DNA of 64,000 nt from Nitrospirales bacterium (GTDB taxonomy: Bacteria; Nitrospirota; Nitrospiria; Nitrospirales; UBA8639). Made by a program: the position numbers and the translations under genes. A model generated the notes under the pieces. The model did no database searches. It saw only the letters and a program-made list of their open reading frames with translations, and was not told the DNA's origin. Below, in pieces: positions 15,216-25,344 of the stretch. Position 1 is the first letter of the stretch; every line of letters begins with the position of its first letter. The stretch is taken from positions 1,344,001 to 1,408,000 of the forward strand of contig CBDBCZ010000018.1 in assembly GCA_965203295.1 (NCBI GenBank), given 5' to 3'.

Positions 15216-15436
15216 CTCAAGCCTGAAGTTTACCATTACACGGACACTTTACCTCAGTTCAGTGGATGGCCGTCTGTCACTGGGACTGCCTGAAGCCACC
15301 TTCACCAGTTGCCTATAGGTGGAATGGGAACAAAGCCAACATGTGGAGGGGAGAATGGACTGCTGTCGGAGGAATCACCGGGTGTCACTACAGAGGAGGG
15401 GAACAACGGAATACTACAGTGAGAACTGTATGCACA

Positions 15437-17752
15437 TGTAGTAGTATTGTTATTGTGATAACCTTGTATGCATACTTATGACTAATGTATGTACTATATG
15501 GTTTCATCCTCAGCAGACTCAACGGCGTCCTCTATCAGATGGACAATGTCCTGGTCTTCGACAGAGATCAGTCCGAGCATGATGCCAGGCTCACGGCAGT
15601 ACTCCAGCGTATCGAGTCAGCAGGAGCGACATTGAACCCGGACAGACTCACGCCCGGACAAGTGTGAGTTTGGGAAGAGCACACTGAAGTTCTTGGGGCA
15701 TCTCATCGATGAGAAAGGCAACCAAGCCTGTCCTGACAAAACAGCCACCATCCAAGAGATGAGTCCTCCGAGCAACGTCCCCGAGCTGAGGCGGTTCATG
15801 GGATGGTGAACCAGTTGGGGAAGTTCACACAAAATCTAGCTGACCTCGCACAGCCCCTACGTGAGCTACTTAGCAAAAAGAACGCGTAGCTATGGGGTAC
15901 CAGCCAAGAACAAGCCTTCTCACTAGTCAAAGCTGAGCTCACAAAGCCAACCACACTTGCCCTTTATGATCCCGGAGCAGAGTCCAAGCTATCCACCGAT
16001 GCCTCTTCATACGGACTCGGGGCAGTACTACTTCAGAAGACTGAGTATGCCTGAAAGCCAGTGGCGTTTGCACCGCGATCGATGTCCGACACAGAACGTC
16101 GGTATGCACAAATTAAAAAAGAAGCTCTGGCCATCACATGGGCCTGTGAAAAATTCTCGATGTACATACTTGGGAAGCGGATTGAAATCGAAACCGACCA
16201 CAAACCCCAGGTCCCACTTCTAGGGTCAAAACACCTAGACACTCTACCCCCTCGAGTACTCCGCTTTCGGCTTCGCCTCGCACGGTTTAACTACTCGATT
16301 GAGCACACACCTGGCAACCACCTCTACACTGCCGATGCCCTCTCACGAGCACCAGCCTCCTCAGACAGGGACTCAAGTCTGGAAGAGCTAGCCGAACTAG
16401 TCATGGATGCCTGCATTGGCCATTTGCCTGCTAGTCAAGAGCGACTCAGTGAGTACCAGAAGGCCCAGAATGCAGATCCTCTAGTAATAAAATACTGCTC
16501 TCTAGTAATAAAATACTGTCACAGTGGTTGGCCGAACAAGAGCCACATAGATGATGCCATACTGGGAATCCCGTGGAGAACTCACACTGCACGACCACCT
16601 TCTACTGCACGGCACTCGCATCGTTTTCTCTGCAGCCATGCAGCAAAAAACGTTGCAGAAAATCCACCAGGGACACCAAGGGATCCAAAGGTGTCGCCTG
16701 CGAGCCAAGATCTCTGTACGGTGGCCTGGATGGTCCAAGAAAATTGAAGAGCTGGTGAAACAGTGTCCACACTGCGTGCAGGACAGCACTCCTCGAAAAG
16801 AGCTACTGATGCCCACCGCACTCCCAGACTACCCCTGGCAGAAGATCGGAACCGTCCTTTTCATGCTGAATGGAGCTACATACCTCATAGCTGTGGACTA
16901 TTTTTCTCGCTACCCTGAAGCTGTGAAGCTGACCACAGTGACATCACAGAGTGTTCTCAAGGCTCTAAAATCAATCTTCTCAATATACGCCATCCCTGAA
17001 GAGATCATGAGCGACAACGGTACTCAGTATGCATCACAGCAATTCGCAGACTTTGCTCGATCATACCATTTCCTACATACCACCAGCAGCCCTCACTTCC
17101 CGCAGAGCAACGGACATGTCGAACGTGCCGTTAAGACGGTGAAGAAGCTGCTGAGAGGTTCACAAGACCCCTACCTTCCACTCCTATCCTATCGGTCAAC
17201 CCCCTTGCCTTGGTGTGGTGTGTCACCTGCAGAACTCCACATGGGGAGACAGATACGGTCGAATGTGCCCCAGGTGACGGAGACACTCACTCCACAGTGG
17301 CCATTCCTAGACAAGTTCCGACGCTGCAATGATGAGAAGCAGAAAGCTAACTATGATGCTCGTCATGGAGCCAGACCTCTTCCAGAGATCCCGGATGACA
17401 CCGAAGTATGGGTAACCATAAATGGCAGACAGTCACAAGGCAGAGTCATTGCACCTGCAAATACTCCCAGATGACCAAGATCCCATGGACAAGTCCGCCA
17501 AAACCGCACACATCTCAATATTATACCCGAGACACAACTGCCCGAACATGAGAGCACAACCGGAGCCACTCTGACCCCCACTCGTAGCCCGATTATGACC
17601 AGGTCGCGCACTGGTACGAACATTGCCCCTCCGAACAGGCTATGACTGCCCTCCTGAGAAAGGGAGATGTAGTAGTAGCATTGTTATTGTAATAACATTG
17701 TATGCTTATGACTAATGCATGTTCTATATGGTTTCATGCTATGGTCACTATA
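15437..17752 (+). mobile_element. Ty3/Gypsy LTR retrotransposon, internally deleted and degenerate (partial RT, RNase H, integrase)
   Basis: RT (LYQMDNVLVF), RNase H (ERRYAQIKKEALAITWACE, ETDHKP) and integrase (HQGHQG..C..C, VDYFSRY, SDNG, SPHFPQSNGHVER) with frameshifts; pol ends at 17645. A polypurine tract AGAAAGGGAGA precedes the LTR start TGTAGTAGTA at 17668, which matches the 5' LTR fragment at 15437-15507. Confidence 0.9.
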
Positions 17753-17825
17753 ATATAGTGACGCATAGCATGAAACCATATAGTACATGCATTAGTCATA
17801 AGCATACGATGTTATTACAATAACA
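17682..17825. repeat. Near-perfect palindrome formed from the Gypsy 3' LTR
   Basis: Centre ...GTCACTATA-A-TATAGTGAC..., arms about 70 bp. Confidence 0.85.
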
Positions 17826-17854
17826 TAAAGCAACTAGTACATGCCATTACAATA

Positions 17855-18058
17855 ACATCAAGCAACTAGTACATGCTTGCTTCGCGCTTGACCCCACCCT
17901 TCCTGATTGTGGTATTATCAATATCTTATCAGCAATATATTATATTGCTCTGTCTATTCTGTATTGTTTTGTTGAGTTCTATGATAAGATATTGATAATA
18001 CCACAATCAGGAAGGGTGGGGTCAAGCGCGAAGCAAGCATGTACTAGTTGCTTGATGT
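17855..18058. repeat. Inverted repeat with ~77-bp arms and a ~50-bp loop
   Basis: ACATCAAGCAACTAGTACATGCTTGC...ATCTTATCA pairs with TGATAAGAT...GCAAGCATGTACTAGTTGCTTGATGT. Confidence 0.9.
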
Positions 18059-20451
18059 CTGTGGTATCTGTGGTTACAGTATAATGACAGCCTACTACTT
18101 TGAGCCAAAATAGCTTGCATTAGTCCCAGGTTGGTCTGGTTACTATTGCAGTTATTGGCAGTCACTATTGCTATAGTTGCCATGAATGTTCCCTAAAGTG
18201 TTCCCATAAGCCCATATAAATTTATGCCGGGTTTTTATACTAGGTATTAATACTTTGTACAGGCTTTTCAGCTTCTTTAAGCTGTTTCATATGGTTCGTA
18301 AAGGGATAATAATTATTAATGCACCATCACAATTGTGAGACTACCTACTTCTTCTCCGTGGCATAGTGGCAAACGGTGGTGGAGAGCTGACACTGCTGGT
18401 CAGTCGCATCTTCTCAGCACCTCTAGGCAGGCTGCCGAAGGAATGATTCCGGGGAATTCCCCCTTCTGATTCAGTTTGGGGTGAGCTCAAACTGCTGTGG
18501 GGCGAGTTGGTCCACTGCCTAGGAAACTCGTAGTCTTCATCTCCCTAACAACAGTGAATTAAAGCACACAAGTTTACAGCTGCAGCCTTTTTGGCATCTA
18601 AGATGCAATAAGTGTTCTAGTTACAGGTATCTCCTCACCTTAGTTCTGGGATTGGGGCTGAGACTCTTCCTTCCCCGAATACTGGCCAGCTGTGCTGGAC
18701 GCATCATCTCGTAGTCCTCCATGCCTTGCTGGACTGGTCTCGATGCCAGCCCCATCCTTGGGATATTCTGGGGCTCGGAGCGATCCCGAGGATCAGACTG
18801 TGTAATGATGACATATTCGTCAGTCAGGGGGCAGCTTTGAACAGGTCCAGAAGATAGCTGGAATACAGCTGGGCTTTCAGTAGGTCATGTGGCGTGGTTC
18901 AGACTGGTGTCAGCAAAGGGCTTCCTCTGCAGGCCATTAGGCAACTGGAATCCGTATTTCTCAGCGACTGGGCTGTAGGAACTCTGTAGTGTGTTTCGAG
19001 GTGGTGAGTTTGTCCTAGGAGGCAGTGATGGTACATTCTTGTCTGCTGGCATGTAGAGCTCGTGATCCTGTGCAGTCTGAGGTAACAAGTCTTCATTTAC
19101 ATGATACCAGACTTTGGATAATTCAGTAATTGGAAATACATAACTCATGATCATTCATGCACTAGAATTAACCTTCACTGAGCCAGCAACTGCAGTAACT
19201 TACCTCTTTATTTGCCTTAGCCACTGGGACACTAGAAGCAGCATTAGATGGCTTCACACTCGACAAACTGTGGAGGGCCCTTATAATCATCACCAGGTAT
19301 CGAAGCATAGAGGGCTGAGCTGGGGCTTTTCAGGACAGAGTTGGTGGGCATGAACTTTCGAGGGGAAGGTGGTGTGGTCTTAGAAATGGGAGGAAGAGGG
19401 CTTCTTCTGAGGCTGGTTACATACCTCGGCTGTTGTTTCTCTGAAATCTCAGCGTACAAGCTCTCACCTCTTCTTTCCCTTTCCAGTAAGTCAATGTCAA
19501 TGTAGACCCTTTGAACATGGGTAAGGGTAAGTTGGGAGGGCTGGAGGTTCTCGACAGGTCAGGCAATGGCGTTATCCGCCTAATAAACAGAGATTCAAAA
19601 CTTCGAGAACGTCTCATTTTCCCATTTTTTCGCGGTGGGAAATCAATATCTTTGTAAGCTTTCTCTCGTCTCACGTGTCGGGATGCTTTCCTTGGGACGT
19701 TGTACAGGGAAGCAGATACTGCACTATCATCTGGCGGTAATCACGAAGGAGGTACATCGTAGTTCATCTGGTGGCTATCGTCCAATAGATCTCCCAAGCT
19801 TGATGCGGCTTTAACTAATATACATTGCCGTTGGATATCCGCCTCGGTGAATGGACACAGATGCCAAAGATATTTCAGATGGCTGCTTGATGAGGGATTG
19901 TGACGGCAGGTCTTCATGAGTGATGGACCTCAGGGGGGAGAGGCGACTGTCGGGAGAGGGCCTGTATTGCGGTATTGTAGGGTGTGTGAGAATGGTGCGG
20001 TAGAATGGTGTGTGAAAGGAAAAGGGTGAAGTACATGCAGTAGGATTGTTACTCAGGTCACAGCTCTGCTGCTGTCAAAGGACGTATCATGTTTAAAATA
20101 GTTTGTTCACACAGTAAGAACACTAAGTAAAAGTCACTTTTTGGAGAGGTAGACCTTGCTCCATCTTGACTGACGTCGTCTTGGTCGGGCAACAGTCTGC
20201 GATGACCAGAAAGGCTGCCCCCAGCGGTGGTCTGCTCAGGGACGGAGGTATTGCACAAGGCATTCTGTTCGTGAAAACTACCTACAGTGGCGAATAGGAA
20301 TTCCAAGTATGTAATCATTGATATGGTGATTATGACAGAGTAAAAAAACGACGAATTTCTAAATGCAGGTCAGTTGCTCCCCTTTAACCCTGATAGTAAA
20401 CAATTTGGCAATAACAAGAATAATTAATAAGCTAGGAAGAAATGACAAAAA

Positions 20452-20520
20452 GGTGCACAAGGTGGGATTCAAACCAGTAATCTAAGCTTTCAAGCGCCTG
20501 CACTCTGCCTTACAAGCAAC
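20452..20520 (-). repeat. tRNA-derived relic (SINE head or tRNA pseudogene)
   Basis: The minus strand has a B-box-like GGTTTGAATCCC at tRNA-like spacing; the stems are poor. Confidence 0.3.
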
Positions 20521-20561
20521 TTACTTTTTGGCGGTGAAACTAGGAACTTGTAGTAAATCAC

Positions 20562-20750
20562 ATTACATCTCATGAGTGCTAGCAAGAGGCCTGGGAATGA
20601 GATTACATCTCACGAGTGCTAGCAAGAGGAATGAGATTACATCTCATGAGTGCTAGCATAAGGCCTAGAAACATCTCATGAGTGCTAACATGAGGAACAA
20701 GATTACATCTCGTGAGTGCCAGTTTGAGGCATGGGATTGAGAGAGATTAC
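20562..20750. repeat. Degenerate tandem repeat (ATTACATCTCATGAGTGCTAGCA core, ~5 copies)
   Basis: Core repeated at ~28-40 bp spacing. Confidence 0.7.
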
Positions 20751-21929
20751 CAGTACCATAAAGCAAGATAGTTTGTTAGGCCAGCTGGCCATAGGAGGGC
20801 ATTCAATCTTTCTATCATGGGCTAGGACTGAATTCATGGGTGAGCGTGAGCAAGCCCCACATTATGTACTCCATTCAGAAATTGTCTGAGCATGAGTACG
20901 TGCATGTGCACCTGCGGTCCACATACCACACACCGTTTACAATCATGATTCATTACAACGTTAGGAAGTTCTTCAATCTGCATATTCATTATCCCATTCA
21001 AACGTTCGAACCAGTTTGCATGGCTGCGGCAAGAAAGTTTAGGGAGACTATCACTAAGCTACAGCAGGAGAGAAGGATATGTTTCAGTGATGCTGAGGGT
21101 ACAGGACAAGCTACACGAGGGGAGGGCTACAGCTAGGAGAGCTAGCCAAACAAGTATGCTGGTCTACAGACTGTCAATTGGCAAACTCTGGCTACACTGC
21201 AACGGGTGAGAGATCACTCTCAATGCTCCTAGTATCTATTCCCATATTTGGAAACAACACAATTGTGTACAGCCACTGTAGACCAGCTGAATTGAACAGC
21301 TGAATACTACCCCACACTGCCGTGTTTGTGTCTAGGGCAGCAGAGAGCCATAAAGTGCCTGGCAGGGTTAGAGCGAAGAAAGTATAATGGAGTCCTGCAA
21401 AACTGGTCATGGACTGAGGCAATGGGGTTATGTACCCAGAGCAGACCATAGATGGAGAAAGCCCCAGTAATCAGTGGTCAGCGTCAACAGCTGCACACAG
21501 CACTCACATGTTCAACACTGCCCTATTTCTGATAAGTGTAGTATACGGTGGCCCTGAAGGTCGCGCGATGTGACACGCAACATGCAAACATCCCACCCAC
21601 TAAGCGATGGTCCCAACATCCCTCACGAAGGTCCTGCCCAACTATGCGAGTTTCAATGTCCCACCAGTAGTTCTCAGACCCACTATGCAATGACTCTTAA
21701 TTCCTACCCCCTGTGTCTAGTATTACCAGTACCATATGGGAAGACAATCTGCCTGGCTAACTGGCCACAGAAGGGCACTCCACTCTTTCCACCACAGGCT
21801 AGGAACTTCCTATTCCCCCACTACATGTACATGGCACCAGGTGGGAGAAGTCCCATATTAACTGCACACAAACGTTAACCTCACATTTGCCACACTGCCC
21901 GGTTTGTATCCTTGGCAGCAGGATACCAT

Positions 21930-22122
21930 ACACGTACGCACGCACGCACGCACGCACATGCACACACACTCACACATGCACACGCACACGCACACGCACA
22001 CGCACACGCACACGCACACGCACACGCACACGCACACGCACACGCACACGCACACGCACACGCACACGCACACGCACACGCACACGCACACGCACACGCA
22101 CACGCACACGCACACGCACACA
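21930..22122. repeat. (CACACG)n hexanucleotide microsatellite
   Basis: Perfect CACACG run from ~21979 to ~22118. Confidence 0.95.
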
Positions 22123-22774
22123 CTCCTTGAAACTGGTCAATTTACCATGCTTTTTTACAACAATCTGTTCAAGGTAAAAAGGGTGGTGACAAAGATGTAA
22201 CCTACGGGTTTGTCCTCATCTACTACAATTATCCACCTAATACGGTACCATTCAGTCCTTTACAATACAATGAATAGCTTCCTAATCATTGACTGTAGTA
22301 GGGTGAGACGGTATTCACTTTCACGCATTAGCGTTTGCTTACTTTGACCGTACCAGCTAGTTTAAGCATCGATGAAGCGTTATAGTGAATCTGCAGTTTG
22401 CTTACCTTTCAGTAGCTGTCAAAACAAAATAGAGCCGTTTTGCTGTCTCTGGTAAGTTCTTTTTAGCTAAGTAAGATGTTTCAGAGCATATGTAGCTCTT
22501 CCGTTTACGCTGTCGCAATTTCAGTTCAGCCACATGCACTTGATAATCAGCGCTTCTGTACTTCCTACGTACAGTTTACACAGTCTCACCGTGCTACTGA
22601 CGTACTACAAAAACGAAACAGGAATTTTTTTTGACCACTACTGTACACTCGTTCATGCTGAGCCACCCGTGATTCGTCAGTATTTACACGTAATACACGT
22701 GATCACGAGTGAAAATACTGCAATCACACGGATTATCGCGTAAACACACGTGCGTTTCCAACTGAGTAACCCCA

Positions 22775-23020
22775 TTGTTCTTCCTCCACTAATAAGAGGA
22801 CTAATTAACAATGTCTACCCAGCTCCACTGTTTCTTCTCTCTTCCACTAAATATAGAGACTAATTAATAAGCCCTACCCAGTTTCTCTGCTTCTTCTCTT
22901 CTCTACTAATTAAGGAGAGTAATTAACAGGGCCTACCCAGTTCCTCTGCTTCTTCTCTTCTCCACTCATTAAGAGGAATAATTAACAGAGCCTACCGGTT
23001 TCTCTGTTTCTTCCCTCCTA
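22775..23020. repeat. ~60-bp tandem repeat, ~4 copies
   Basis: CCACTAATAAGAGGACTAATTAACA..CCTACCCAG..TCT(C)TG..TCTTC is repeated. Confidence 0.75.
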
Positions 23021-24039
23021 AAGACTCACCCTCCACTTCAGTGATTTCACCATGAAGTAGGACAGCTTCGGCTGTATCGGACAGGATGAGTCTATATGGA
23101 CGAATAGCACTTAGGGCATAAAAACATCATTTGTCAATGAGTGGTGTGTGTAAGTTTGCATGTGTGTGTATTTGTGTGGTACTAAGGTGATCATTAGTGT
23201 AACGCTACACCACATGGTATGTATACAAAGTAACATGATATGACCATATTAGAATGTCATGTCCTAGTACATGACATACAGTCATACCAGTAGCTATAGC
23301 AACTGTCAGTGTTGGAATACAGCAAGCAAATGGGAATGCAGAACTTGCCTATATGGCTGCTAATGAGATACCTTGGTACTTACAATCTTGTACTAGTGGT
23401 TTTGCTGGGAATACCCGCCATTGTGAGGTGAAGGAGCAGAGTTTAGTACAGTACTCATGCAATGAGAAGAGCTTCATTACAAAATTATGATATTCCGGCT
23501 AAACTTCCTCTGACCCGACAACAATACTATACTGTGCAGGGGAATTGTTGAAGAACCTACCAAATGCTCCTCATCTCCATCTGCTCTAACAGTGAGGGTT
23601 CACAGACACAGGGGACAACTAGAGCAGGTGTAATTAGCCAGTGTTTGACTACTTGCTTGTTGGCATGTGCCAGCCCTTTCCACCATACAATGACAAGGGG
23701 GGCAGGGAAGAGGATTTTGCAATTGAGTAATTATATTATGCACATGTACATTGATAGCCAATACTCTCTGGCCTTTGTGAGATGGTGAAAGATTAGGCTA
23801 CAAGTTTGGTCTACTGCATATTCCTTTGTACTGGACGTGTACTTAGCAAGCCATATCAGTTACATTCCAGCTGGAAAGGAAATGGTAACCAGCATATCAT
23901 TTACAGACCAGAGTAGTTTAGGGGAGCAGGCATGTCCGACAGCTCCTTCAGATACATGACATTGTGAGGACAGATCCACACGTTCATGCAATATTGATGG
24001 CAGTACTGATGGCAGTGAAGACTATAGGTTGGTTTAAAA

Positions 24040-24182
24040 CTCTTTGAATGCCATGGGTACATTTATGTGCCCATGTAAAATAGAAAAAACATGTAGCTAC
24101 TTTGTATTAACGCCTAATATAAAAAGGCCAACATAAATTCACATTAGCCTTATGGATGTATTAAAACTCGGCTGGGAAAGAG
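24040..24182. mobile_element. MITE family B, inverted copy of 1772-1909
   Basis: Reverse-complement match to 1772-1909. Confidence 0.65.
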
Positions 24183-24502
24183 TTAACATGGTTTGATCAT
24201 AAATCTGATGGTCGGTTGAGAAACAGGAGAGCTCTGGGAATGAATCTACCTGCTGGCCATCATGGTTACTGAACTCCGTGCATGGAGACTCATAACATAT
24301 TATTCAAAATAGAGGTAGGGCTGATTTATTCTTTAAAGCTGCTGGCTAAGAGGTGGCAGGATCAAAGTCATACGTAATAGTTGTACCATGGGTTATTTAG
24401 GGTGTATGGGATGCGAGAGCTGGTTGCATTATGGGTGGGGCTGTTAGGCCGCCTTTTTGTCGGAACAACAGCATTTGTGAGATTAATAATATAGTATAGT
24501 CT

Positions 24503-25070
24503 TAGCTATCCCCAACTTCTCCCCACCTTGGGATCGCTTGCACTTCCGGTGTGCTCTATCCAAAATCGGATAGAGCCAATCAAATTGCACCAGTCACATG
24601 CAACAGCACTTCTCACGTGACCCTTGCATGTTCTGCATATTAACTGTACTGCTGAGAGTAAGGCGCGCCTGGATATCGCGTCTCCTGCAGACAAAGCGGC
24701 TGAGAAACTGTAGGCTACGCGCTCTGATAAAATCAACGTGAGAACATTTTCAATCATTTTGTGCGAGTCAACGATTTTTTTGGTTCCTTACCGGGCTATA
24801 GACTCGCCTGAGCTTCGATAACTCCGGTACTTCAACAAGGCGCGCCATATAAAGAGCCAGAAAATTGCTCCGCCATCGTACATGCGTTTGCAGTCGATTT
24901 GCGTCGAAGTAGGCCATGGCGAACATGATTACGTCATATGATACGGCATGTGATACAGCGTGTGATTGCATTCCGCAACCACACCGGAAGTGTGCAGGAG
25001 TATCTAGACCCACTTCTCCCGCCGAGATCCTGCAAGCGATTCCAAGGTGGGGAGAAGTTGGGGATAGCTA
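24503..25070. mobile_element. CpG-rich MITE with ~40-bp TIRs immediately upstream of the NLR start codon
   Basis: TAGCTATCCCCAACTTCTCCCCACCTTGGGATCGCTTGCA pairs with TGCAAGCGATTCCAAGGTGGGGAGAAGTTGGGGATAGCTA. Confidence 0.8.
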
Positions 25071-25111
25071 GCTGGACTAGTATAGTCTGAAGTCTACCTT
25101 GTGTTGCGGCC

Positions 25112-25344
25112 ATGCGGCCTATTACGACATTGTTCGTCCTATTCCTTTTCTTCGGAAAATTCGGTGACATCCGACCGCCCGATGAAGACGTCAAATGCCT
25201 CTACGGCTCTCTCACAGCAGCGTGCAGGACAAACATACTGTTTGCTGGGCCAGCACGCTACCCCTCTCTACCACTGGCCACTGGCAATGTCGTAGGACTC
25301 TTCTTTCTGCTTCTTCCAGTCTCAATTTTGCGGAAGAAAGTTGC
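25112..25344 (+). CDS. NLR exon 1: signal-peptide-like N-terminus plus TM-like segment
   Basis: [18 protein letters not shown]... and [18 protein letters not shown]; donor GC|GTAAGT (phase 2) joins exon 2 in frame. Confidence 0.55.

Noticed and set aside
20452..20520. Functional tRNA gene
   Set aside because: Only a B-box-like motif; cloverleaf stems are not convincing.
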